A DNA stretch of 64,000 bases from Acidobacteriota bacterium. Its GTDB lineage: Bacteria > Acidobacteriota > UBA6911 > RPQK01 > JAJDTT01. A model generated the notes under the pieces. It had not been told where the DNA came from and did no database searches. It saw nothing but the letters and a program-made list of their open reading frames with translations. Position 1 is the first letter of the stretch. Every line of letters starts with the position of its first letter. The stretch covers positions 5,963,697 to 6,027,696 of the forward strand of contig OZ241897.1 in the NCBI GenBank assembly GCA_965203535.1. Direction: 5' to 3'. Shown one piece after another: positions 55,597-64,000 of the stretch. The position numbers were made by a program, and so were the translations under genes.

Positions 55597-57986
55597 TGCT
55601 CCCGAAACCCCGAACTCTGATCCCCATCATTCTCGGCACCCTTTCCTGGAGTCTGGCCGCGACCTACTACCCCTCCGCGCCGGTGGTCTACCAGGCCACT
55701 CCCACCGGAGCCCAGGCCGGTTCCAGAGTTCAAGTCGTTTTGGAGGGAATACATCTCAAAGAGTCCGAAAATATAGTTTTTAACTCCTCGGATCTAACGG
55801 CCAGAGTCCTTGAAATCCGGGACGGACCCAACGGCCGGTTCCAGACCCCGCTGGAGCGGTTGCGCCTGGAAGTCGAAGTTCATGAGGAAACCCCTCCCGC
55901 AATCTACGGATTCCGAGTCAAGACCCGGCACGGAGCCAGCAACTGGATTCCCTTCGCTGCCGGGCGGTTCCCCGAGATCCACGAGTCCGACGGAAACGGC
56001 ACCCTCTCCGGAGCCCAACCGGTACCCCTTCCCGCGACGGTGAACGGCCGGATCGCCAAGGGAGGAGAGGAAGACTATTTCCAATTTGAAGGGCGCCAGG
56101 GTGAGGAGCTGGTGCTCCAACTGCAAGCCCACGCCTTGGGATCCCGGATGGACGCGGCTCTCACGCTCATGGGACCGGAGGGACGGGTCCTGGCCGGCAA
56201 CAACAACGCCTCTCCGCGAAACCTCGACGCCATGTTGGGTTTGCGGCTGCCCCGATCAGGCCGCTACACCGTCCGGGTCACCGATTTTGCCGGCGGTGGG
56301 GGCTCGCGAAGCTTCTACCGCCTGACCTTGGGAGCAGTTCCCTATGTGACCCACCTGTTTCCCGCGGGCGTGCGCCGCGGTGAAGAGGTGGAAGCGCGGT
56401 TGGAGGGCTTCAATCTGGGAGGTCAGACCAGGATTCGGCTCCGCGGGGACCGGCCACCCCGGGAGGACGGCTTTCGGGACCTGACGGTCCGCACGGCCCA
56501 CGGCCCGGCCCTCAACCCCGTCCGGATCGCCGTGGGGAACCATGACGAGACCCTGGAGTCGGAAGAGAACGATTCCCCTGAGACGGCTCAGCCGGTCTCC
56601 GTCCCCATCACCGTCAACGGCCGGATCGATTCGGTCCGGGACGCCGACGTCTTCCGCTTTCCGGCTCGCCGGGGGCGGCCTCTGGCCTTGGAGGTCGCCG
56701 CTCAACGGCTCGACTCCCCGCTGGATTCCGATATCGAAGTCCTGGACCTCCAGGGCAATCCCCTGCCCCGGGTCCGGCTCAGGACCATCTTCGAAGGAAG
56801 CCACCTGGAGCCCCTGGCCTCCCGCTCCCTGCAATTGCAGCGGTTCGACCTGGCCAACGGAACGGCGTTTCGGGGAGGAGACTTCGTCCTCCTGAGCGAG
56901 CGGGAGCTGGTCCGCCTGGAAGAGGGCCTCCGCCACTCGGACGACTTCTCCCTGGCCCAGGGCCTCTTGGGCCAGCGGCTGGCATGGTTGGGCACCAGTC
57001 CCCAGAACCACCCCAAGAACTACAACGCCCGGAAGGTGGAGATCCTCCCACCCGAGGCTCCGGCCCCGGGAGATTCATCCACCCTGACCCTCTTCTATCG
57101 AAACGACGACGGCGGTCCCGTCTACGGCAAGGACTCGTATCTTCTGTTCGATCCCCCGGCGGACGGAGAATACCTGGTTCGCCTGCGGGACCTGAACGGT
57201 TCGGGAGGACTCCGCCATACGTACCGTCTCACGGTCCGTCCCGCCAGGCCCGATTTCCGGCTCTACCTGGACGACGGCTTCATGCAACAGCGGGACCTGA
57301 GGGGAGCGGGGGCCAGAAGCCCCAACGTCCCCCGGGGTGGGAGCGTTCCCCTGGTGGTGTCGGCCCTGCGGGTCGACGGGTTCCGGGACGAAATCCGGAT
57401 CGAAGCCCTGGATCTGCCGCCCGGCATCCGGGCCGAACCGGGCGCCATTCGCCGGGACGAGTTCCAGACGACGCTGATCTTCACCGCGGACGCTTCAGCG
57501 CCTCCGGTACCGCCCGCACACAAGCTCAAGATCCAAGGGCGCGCCCGAATCGGAGGCCGGGAGAGAATCCACGCGGCGGTGGACCCGGACAGTGGGCTGA
57601 ACCTGGTCTCCCTGGTCCCTCCCCCTGCCATCCGGCCTCTGGTCGAACCGGAACACCTGGTCCTGAAGCGGGGATCCCAGGGCCGCCTCCATGTCCGGAT
57701 CGACTGTCCGGATGACTTCGCTCATGAAGTGGGCATCGAAGTGAAGAATCGCCCCCCCGGCCTGTTCGTTGACGGACGGTCCACCAATGCGGGGCTGGTC
57801 ATCAGCAAGGGCGAACACTCCCGCATCCTGAATATTCTGGCGGAGGAATCGCTGGAGCCCATGACCGTGCCCATCTACGTCGTGACCCGGCACCGCAGCG
57901 AACGTACCGAGAAGATGCGAGGATTGGGAATCCTGGAAGAGTCGGTCGACTACGCCTCCCATCCTGTCCTGGTGACCATCGAGTAG
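55596..57986 (+). CDS. Secreted PPC (pre-peptidase C-terminal) repeat protein
   Basis: E...N.....AQPV..P.TVNGRI....D.F.F repeats; NDDGG...KDS.L.F.PPADGEY. Confidence 0.8.
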   Translation: MLPKPRTLIPIILGTLSWSLAATYYPSAPVVYQATPTGAQAGSRVQVVLEGIHLKESENIVFNSSDLTARVLEIRDGPNGRFQTPLERLRLEVEVHEETPPAIYGFRVKTRHGASNWIPFAAGRFPEIHESDGNGTLSGAQPVPLPATVNGRIAKGGEEDYFQFEGRQGEELVLQLQAHALGSRMDAALTLMGPEGRVLAGNNNASPRNLDAMLGLRLPRSGRYTVRVTDFAGGGGSRSFYRLTLGAVPYVTHLFPAGVRRGEEVEARLEGFNLGGQTRIRLRGDRPPREDGFRDLTVRTAHGPALNPVRIAVGNHDETLESEENDSPETAQPVSVPITVNGRIDSVRDADVFRFPARRGRPLALEVAAQRLDSPLDSDIEVLDLQGNPLPRVRLRTIFEGSHLEPLASRSLQLQRFDLANGTAFRGGDFVLLSERELVRLEEGLRHSDDFSLAQGLLGQRLAWLGTSPQNHPKNYNARKVEILPPEAPAPGDSSTLTLFYRNDDGGPVYGKDSYLLFDPPADGEYLVRLRDLNGSGGLRHTYRLTVRPARPDFRLYLDDGFMQQRDLRGAGARSPNVPRGGSVPLVVSALRVDGFRDEIRIEALDLPPGIRAEPGAIRRDEFQTTLIFTADASAPPVPPAHKLKIQGRARIGGRERIHAAVDPDSGLNLVSLVPPPAIRPLVEPEHLVLKRGSQGRLHVRIDCPDDFAHEVGIEVKNRPPGLFVDGRSTNAGLVISKGEHSRILNILAEESLEPMTVPIYVVTRHRSERTEKMRGLGILEESVDYASHPVLVTIE

Positions 57987-58025
57987 GCCCGTTTCCTCGT
58001 CGCCGGAAGGGGGAGGCAGAACCAA

Positions 58026-59546
58026 TTATCGAGAGGCCGCGTGAATCGGAACCCGGGCGGCGTACGCGCGCCGCAACTTGCGGAGAGCCATGGCCTCGAT
58101 CTGCCGGATCCGCTCCCGGGTCAGGGAGAAAACGCGGCCGATCTGCTCCAGAGTATGCTCTCCATCCTCTTCAATCCCGAACCTCAGACGCAGCACTCGC
58201 TCCTCGCGGGAGTCCAGATTCTCAAGGATGCCTGAGGTCTCATCCGCCAAGCTCAGACGCAGGAATTCATCGGAGGGAGACTCGCTGCTGCAGTCCTCGA
58301 GGATATCCTGCAGCTTACCCTCCTCATCCCTGCCGATTGGAGTTTCCAGGGACACCGGCTTTCGCGCGATTTCCAGGATGCGCTGGACCCGGTCCGCCGG
58401 CAGTCCCACGGCTCCGGCGAGCTCTTCCGTACTCGGCTGGCGCCCATAGATCCGGGTCCACTCGTGAGCCGTTCGGACCGATTTGTAGACGACCTCGGAG
58501 ATGTGGACGGGAAGTCGAATCGTTCTCCCCTTCTCGGAGATGGATCGCTGGATCGCCTGCCGGATCCACCAGTGGGCGTATGTCGAGAACTTGAAGCCCA
58601 GACGGTGATTGAAGCGGTCGACCGCCTTCATCAGACCGATATTCCCCTCCTGAATCAAATCCAGGAAAGCCAGCCCGCGGCCCCGGTATTTCTTGGCCAC
58701 GGACACGACCAACCGCAGGTTCGACTGCACCAGTTCCTGCTTGGCATCAACGGCCTTGCGCTCCGCGTCGCAGATGCGGCCGAAGGCTCGGCGCGCCTGC
58801 TCCCGGGTCACGCACCGGGACTGCTCCCACTGCTCCAATTCGTTGCATACCTCCCGGTATCTGCCCTGGTCCTCCGCCGCGGGACTCTTCCGGAGCCGCT
58901 CGCTCGTGTTGACCAGGTCCAGCATCGGTTCCAGAGAGGTCTTGAGCGACTTGAGCAGGCGGACGCGAGCCTCCTCTTTCAGTCCCAGCTTGCGAATCCG
59001 CCCGGCGATGGCGCGGCGGACGCGAGCCAAACCCAGCAATTCCCGGAAGCCGGGTTCCCCATCCTGTACGGCCTGCCGCCATCGCCGCCAGAGCCGTCGG
59101 GCGCGTTGGTCCAGATGGGCAATGGTCCCCAGTTGCATCCGGAACCACTCCCCGGCTTTGACTCCGGAGGTGGCCTTGGAATCCAGACGGGCGATCTCCC
59201 GGATCCGAATCTCTCCGACCTGCAGCCGCGGCCCCCAGGAAAGAAGCTCACCGACGGCAAGCGGACAACGGTAGAGATTATCGGCGAGCCGCTCCCGTCC
59301 CTTCGCCAGCCGGCTGGCAATCTCGGTCTCCTGCTTGGCCGTCAACAGAGGTATCGATCCCATCTCCTTGAGGTAGGCAAAGATCGTGTCGTCCCCGTGG
59401 CTTCTCCTGCCTGCATCCGCCCCCGGCCCCAGGACTTCGTCCCGATCCCACGGGTTCGAGCCGGTATTCCGGCGCCCGGCAGAGCCTGTGCCCCCGTAAA
59501 CCCGTCCGTAGCCGCCACGCTTACCCGCAATTCCCGATTTCATCAT
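58026..59546 (-). CDS. RpoD/SigA-family sigma-70 factor lacking region 1.1
   Basis: [67 protein letters not shown]; start uncertain. Confidence 0.9.
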   Translation of the reverse strand: MMKSGIAGKRGGYGRVYGGTGSAGRRNTGSNPWDRDEVLGPGADAGRRSHGDDTIFAYLKEMGSIPLLTAKQETEIASRLAKGRERLADNLYRCPLAVGELLSWGPRLQVGEIRIREIARLDSKATSGVKAGEWFRMQLGTIAHLDQRARRLWRRWRQAVQDGEPGFRELLGLARVRRAIAGRIRKLGLKEEARVRLLKSLKTSLEPMLDLVNTSERLRKSPAAEDQGRYREVCNELEQWEQSRCVTREQARRAFGRICDAERKAVDAKQELVQSNLRLVVSVAKKYRGRGLAFLDLIQEGNIGLMKAVDRFNHRLGFKFSTYAHWWIRQAIQRSISEKGRTIRLPVHISEVVYKSVRTAHEWTRIYGRQPSTEELAGAVGLPADRVQRILEIARKPVSLETPIGRDEEGKLQDILEDCSSESPSDEFLRLSLADETSGILENLDSREERVLRLRFGIEEDGEHTLEQIGRVFSLTRERIRQIEAMALRKLRRAYAARVPIHAASR

Positions 59547-59624
59547 CTCGGTCACCTGCCTTGAATAACGTCCTGTGTAGTAGACGGATTCTCGGCAGAA
59601 AAGGTTTCGTTTCGATGGAGCGGC

Positions 59625-59931
59625 GGCATGGAGCGGCGACATCCTTGCCGCCGGGAGCGGCGTGTTTCACGCGCCGACCGGGACCGGCGTCTTATAGGCG
59701 CCGATCCCAGGGGGGTTAGGGGGGACGGCAGTCCCTCTACGCTTCCTCCCCCCGAATGGCACATGAACAAAGAAGAAAAAGAAGACGGGGGACAGGAAAG
59801 TCCCCGCTTCTTAGAAAAACATGGGGCACCCGGAGGGGGGACTTTTAGTCCCCCCGTCGGAGTGGGGGTAGGAAAACCCCCACTCCTTTTCTCGCAGGAT
59901 TTCGCCGGACCGGGGCCGGTGGGGGAGCTCC
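59625..59931 (-). repeat. REP cluster including an inverted composite element
   Basis: GGAGTGGGGGTAGGAAAACCCCCACTCC, GGGGGACTTTTAGTCCCCC, GGAGCGGCGACATCCTTGCCGCCG. Confidence 0.85.
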
Positions 59932-60285
59932 TTACACGAGCAGCCAGACGGTAGCCGCCGTCCCCGCAATGGCGGAGCCGTAGCAGAGGATCGAGATGGC
60001 TGTCTTGAGGGTTCCGCCTCCCAGGTCGATCAGGATGTGCCGGAGACGGTGAGCCGAGTGGAATAGAGGCAAGGAAATGAAAACCAGCAGGTAGAGCCGA
60101 ACCAGCGGGTTCTCCAAAAGCTCCCGAACCCGCTCGTAGGAGAGCGTCTCGAGGGGGATCCAGCCCAGGCCGACGCCCAACCCGGTCACCAGGATGTGGA
60201 CCGGGACCAGGAAGGCCGCCACCGTGCCGCCCGCCGAAAAGAGTCCCCACCAGATGGGGTCGGTCGTCTTGAGTCGCACACCCAT
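59932..60285 (-). CDS. frdD: Fumarate reductase subunit D
   Basis: DPIWWGLFSAGG, LPLFHSAHRLRH, CYG. Confidence 0.9.
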   Translation of the reverse strand: MGVRLKTTDPIWWGLFSAGGTVAAFLVPVHILVTGLGVGLGWIPLETLSYERVRELLENPLVRLYLLVFISLPLFHSAHRLRHILIDLGGGTLKTAISILCYGSAIAGTAATVWLLV

Positions 60286-60286
60286 C

Positions 60287-60691
60287 TCAGTTCACCACCA
60301 GGTACCAGAGAATCCCGGAAATCACGATCCAGGCCAGGTAATTCGCCGCCAGCACCAATTTGGCCGGGATCACCTTCCGTCCCATCCGAATCACCATCAC
60401 GATGGGGGTCAGGTGAATCCAGGTCACCGTGTGGAGCACGCAGAACACCAGGGACACACCCAGCAATACCAGGACCGCCGGATGCTGGAGCAGGGCAAGG
60501 TAAGCCTCATAGCTGTCCTTCCCTTGAGACAGCCGGTACAGGCCCACCAGGTAACCGAGCGCGTAGAGCGCCACGAACACCGCCGACAGCTCCCGGAGCA
60601 TGAACAGGAAATACCGCCCGCTGCCCAGCCACCAGAGGGCCGACCTCCGGGGCCGATAACGAGGCGGACGCCGTGCCGAAGTGACGCTCAC
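60287..60691 (-). CDS. frdC: Fumarate reductase subunit C
   Basis: GTGA overlap with frdB; WW....Y..FMLRE, LHTVTW..L.P. Confidence 0.88.
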   Translation of the reverse strand: MSVTSARRPPRYRPRRSALWWLGSGRYFLFMLRELSAVFVALYALGYLVGLYRLSQGKDSYEAYLALLQHPAVLVLLGVSLVFCVLHTVTWIHLTPIVMVIRMGRKVIPAKLVLAANYLAWIVISGILWYLVVN

Positions 60692-61425
60692 GATTTCCCC
60701 CAGGGCCAGAGCATCCCGAGGATATGGTCCTTCGTCAGTTGCACCTTGGAACGCTGGATCGCCGCCGCCGGGTCCACGTGCTTGGGACAGACCACCGAGC
60801 ACTCGCCGACGAAGGAGCATTCCCAGATTCCCTCGTGGCTTCCGATGACCTCGGCCCGCTGGTCCTGGCCCTCCTCCCTGGAGTCCATGTCGTACCGGTG
60901 CGCCAAGGCGATGGCGGCCGGTCCGATGAAGGTCTGGTCCGCTGCGTAGACCGGGCAGGCCGCGTAGCAGAGAGCGCAGTTGATGCACATGCTGAACTGT
61001 CGAAAGAGCTGCAGCTCCTCGGGGGACTGCAGATACTCCCCTTCTTCAACCGGCTTTTCCTGCTCCCGGATCATCCATGGCTTCACCGCCCGGAGCTTGT
61101 CCATGAAATCGTCCATCTCGATGACCAGGTCCCGGATCACCGGGAAATGGTCCAGAGGACCCACCTGCACCCCTTGCGGGTAGTCCTTCAGAAAGACGGC
61201 GCAAGTCAGCTTGGCCTCTCCGTTGACCATCATGCCGCAGCTTCCGCACACCCCCATGCGGCACGACCAACGGTAGCTCAGGCTCCCGTCGACGTGGTCC
61301 TTGATGTAGTTGAGGCCGTCCAGGACCACCATCTCATCGTCGTAGGGGATGGTGTAGGTCTGCTCGAACGGGGCGGGACTATTCTCCGGATCGTACCGGA
61401 TGACGGTGATGTCGATGTTGTTCAT
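60688..61425 (-). CDS. frdB: Fumarate reductase iron-sulfur subunit
   Basis: YRWSCRMGVCGSC, CINCALCYAAC, CSFVGECSVVCPKHVDPAAAIQ. Confidence 0.93.
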   Translation of the reverse strand: MNNIDITVIRYDPENSPAPFEQTYTIPYDDEMVVLDGLNYIKDHVDGSLSYRWSCRMGVCGSCGMMVNGEAKLTCAVFLKDYPQGVQVGPLDHFPVIRDLVIEMDDFMDKLRAVKPWMIREQEKPVEEGEYLQSPEELQLFRQFSMCINCALCYAACPVYAADQTFIGPAAIALAHRYDMDSREEGQDQRAEVIGSHEGIWECSFVGECSVVCPKHVDPAAAIQRSKVQLTKDHILGMLWPWGKS

Positions 61426-61445
61426 GCCGGCATCTCGCTCCTGGC

Positions 61446-63155
61446 TCAATATTTCCGCTCCTCGGGAGCCCAACGGGTGATGGTCACCGGCTGGGTCTCC
61501 AACCGTGGACCCTCCTCGGAGATGAGGGACAGTTGGTGATGCAGGAACCGTTCGTCGTCGCGCTCGGGAAAGTCGACCCGGGCCTGAGCCCCGCGTGACT
61601 CCTCGCGGGTCAGGGCGGCGCCGGCGATGCACCGGGCCACGTCCAGCATGAAGTCCAGCTCCAGGGCCGCCACCAGGTCGGTGTTGAAGACCTTCCCCCG
61701 GTCGTCGATGCGCACGTCGGCGAACCGCTCTCTCAACTCCGCCAGTTCCCTGGTGGTCTCCAGCAGGCTGTCCCGGGTCCGGTAGACGCCACACCCCTTC
61801 TCCATGGCGGTCTGCATCTCGCCCCGCAGACCGCTGATGCGCTCGGTCCCATCTTCCCGATGGAGGAATCCCTGCTCGATCCGCTGCTCCTCCTTGCGGG
61901 CCGCCGCGCGGACCCGGCCCGAATCGACAAGGCCGGTGGATTGGGCGTGGCGGGCGGCCGCCTCGCCGGCGAATCCTCCGAAGACCAGGCATTCGGTCAG
62001 GGAATTGGACCCCAGACGATTGGCGCCGTTGATGGTGACGCAGGCGACTTCTCCGGCCGCGTAGAGACCCTCCAGGGGCGTGCTCCCGTCGTTTGCGGTA
62101 CTGACGCCGCCCATCATGTAGTGCACCACGGGACGGACCGGAATGGGCTGATAGACCGGGTCGATCCCCACGTACTTGGACGCCAGCTCCCGGACGAAGG
62201 GGAGCTTCTCGTTGATGACCTTCTCACCCAGATGGGTGAGGTCCAGGTGGACATACTCGCCATGCCGGTCTTCGAAGGCTCGACCCGCCTGACGTTCGGA
62301 AATAATGGCCCGGGAGAGGATGTCCCTGGGTCCCAATTCCATTTTCCCCGGAATGTAGCGCTCCAGGAATCTCTCGCCTTCGCGGTTGAAGAGATACCCA
62401 CCCTCGCCCCGGGAGGCTTCGGTGATCAGGATTCCGGTCCCGGGCAGGCCGGTGGGATGGTACTGGACGAACTCCATGTCCTTCAGCGGCGCTCCGGCCC
62501 GGTAGGCCATGGCCATCCCGTCGCCGGTCTTGATGTTGCCGTTGGTGGTGAAGGGGAAGATCTTGCCACCTCCACCGGTGCAGAGCATGACGGACTTGGC
62601 CAGGATGGGTTGGATCCGCCCCGTGGCCAGATCCAGGCCGGTGACGCCCACGCATTTGCCGTCGTCCACCAGGAGTGAGGTGACGAACCACTCGTCGTAA
62701 CGCCGGATCCTGGCAAAGCGCAACGAGTGCTGGAAGAGGCTGTGAAGCATGTGGAACCCGGTCTTGTCCGAGGCGAAGACGGTTCGCTTGACGCTCATGC
62801 CCCCGAACGCCCGAACGCTGATGCGCCCGTCCCGGTCCCGGCTCCACGGACAGCCCCAATGCTCCAGTTGAAGGACCTCCTTCGGAGCGGTGTCCACGAA
62901 AAGCTCCACGGCATCCTGGTCCGCCAGGTAGTCGCTTCCGCGAATCGTGTCGAAACAATGCAGGTCGTGGCTGTCGTAGTCGCGAAGCACGGCCGCCGTG
63001 CCGCCCTCCGCCGACACGGTGTGGCTGCGCATGGGATAGACCTTGGAGACCACGACGATGTCCAGGTCCGGCTGCACTCCCACTGCCGCCACGGCCGCCC
63101 GCAGCCCGGCTGCGCCGCCGCCGACAATCAGGAGGTCACACTTCAATGCGTCCAT
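61446..63155 (-). CDS. frdA: Fumarate reductase flavoprotein subunit
   Basis: [54 protein letters not shown]. Confidence 0.93.
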   Translation of the reverse strand: MDALKCDLLIVGGGAAGLRAAVAAVGVQPDLDIVVVSKVYPMRSHTVSAEGGTAAVLRDYDSHDLHCFDTIRGSDYLADQDAVELFVDTAPKEVLQLEHWGCPWSRDRDGRISVRAFGGMSVKRTVFASDKTGFHMLHSLFQHSLRFARIRRYDEWFVTSLLVDDGKCVGVTGLDLATGRIQPILAKSVMLCTGGGGKIFPFTTNGNIKTGDGMAMAYRAGAPLKDMEFVQYHPTGLPGTGILITEASRGEGGYLFNREGERFLERYIPGKMELGPRDILSRAIISERQAGRAFEDRHGEYVHLDLTHLGEKVINEKLPFVRELASKYVGIDPVYQPIPVRPVVHYMMGGVSTANDGSTPLEGLYAAGEVACVTINGANRLGSNSLTECLVFGGFAGEAAARHAQSTGLVDSGRVRAAARKEEQRIEQGFLHREDGTERISGLRGEMQTAMEKGCGVYRTRDSLLETTRELAELRERFADVRIDDRGKVFNTDLVAALELDFMLDVARCIAGAALTREESRGAQARVDFPERDDERFLHHQLSLISEEGPRLETQPVTITRWAPEERKY

Positions 63156-63362
63156 ATTCGGGCGCGAATGTTGCCACACTTCCCGAAACGGAATCAAGGC
63201 GGCGATGACGGAAAGAGGCGGCGTCCGAGCGCCAGCAAATGATGCCGAACGGCCAACCGCCCGGACCGCATTTGCGGGCGGGACTTCGGCACAGTATCGT
63301 GCAAATTCCACCGACTGTTGGATTGCGGAGCGGAAAGGCGGCGTAGCGGATGGAAGGAAACG

Positions 63363-63788
63363 ATGAGTCTTCTCCATCTTCTGGACGCCTTCTTCCTCCT
63401 CTTCCACTCCCTCTGGATCCTCCTGGTGGTTCTGGGTTGGATCTGGCCCCGAACCCGGAGTTTGAGCCTGGCGGCACTGGTCCTGACCGCTGTTTCCTGG
63501 TTCGGACTCGGCTTCTGGCGGGGGTGGGGCTACTGCATCTGCACCGACTGGCACTGGCAGGTGCGGCGGTCTCTGGGTGACCTCGACCTGCCTCACAACT
63601 ACATCGGCTTTCTGATCAGGGAAGGGACCGGTCTGGAGGTCCCGGATCCGATACTGGAACCTGTCATCCTCGGGGCCTTCCTGACGTCCGCCGTTGGAGG
63701 CATCGGACTCCGCCTGCGGGACCGCTGCCGGGTGACCTCAACCGAGGCCGAAGTCCTGACCCGCGAGCAGGAGGACCTCCTTGAATAG
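63363..63788 (+). CDS. DUF2784-family membrane protein
   Basis: LD.FF..FH...I....LGW, SWFGLG...[13 protein letters not shown]. Confidence 0.75.
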   Translation: MSLLHLLDAFFLLFHSLWILLVVLGWIWPRTRSLSLAALVLTAVSWFGLGFWRGWGYCICTDWHWQVRRSLGDLDLPHNYIGFLIREGTGLEVPDPILEPVILGAFLTSAVGGIGLRLRDRCRVTSTEAEVLTREQEDLLE

Positions 63789-64000
63789 CCCGGGCGAGGG
63801 ACTGACAGCCGTCGACTGGGCGATCATCGCCCTCTACGCCCTGGGCACCGTGGCCCTGGGATATTTTTACGGACGGCGTCAGTCCAGCCTCAAGGAGTAT
63901 TTCACCGGCGGCGGGCGCATGAACGCCATCCTGGTGGGGTTCTCCATCTACGCGACCGGTCTGAGCACCATCTCCTACCTGGCGGTCCCCGGCGAGGCCA
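63781..64000 (+). CDS. Sodium:solute symporter, 3' truncated by the window edge
   Basis: Manual translation LTAVDWAIIALY...RRQSSLKEYFTGGGRMN...GFSIYATGLSTISYLAVPGE. Confidence 0.85.
   Translation, partial: MNSPGEGLTAVDWAIIALYALGTVALGYFYGRRQSSLKEYFTGGGRMNAILVGFSIYATGLSTISYLAVPGEA

Overview
GC-rich bacterial chromosome segment. The gene content (Acidobacteria-type TonB-dependent receptor, several secreted beta-propeller glycoside-hydrolase-like proteins, FG-GAP proteins, arylsulfatase, sodium:solute symporters, DUF1501/DUF1549-DUF1553/PPC cluster, BlaI-M56-TonB operon) suggests an Acidobacteriota-like heterotroph; this is an inference only. The window starts in an ebo cluster (eboA-eboB-eboF) split by two abutting MITEs and ends with E. 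coli-type frdABCD. Accessory signals: (1) an AT-richer insert at 8.8-10.4 kb built from two repeated cassettes, each a short HWH-motif peptidase-like C-terminal tip followed by a secreted two-cysteine protein, which looks like an undescribed orphan effector-tip/immunity array; (2) two separate tandem duplications of a beta-propeller gene 3' end plus its downstream intergenic region; (3) a DUF262-HEPN pair beside a collapsed type III restriction pseudogene; (4) an internally deleted TnpB flanked by duplicated palindromic operators; (5) a modular family of REP-like hairpins; (6) tandem M19 dipeptidase paralogs lacking the HxD metal ligands; (7) a Cys-rich AAC(3)-like acetyltransferase coupled to a PhyH dioxygenase. 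No rRNA, tRNA or CRISPR array was recognised. All family calls come from reading motifs by eye; no database search was run.
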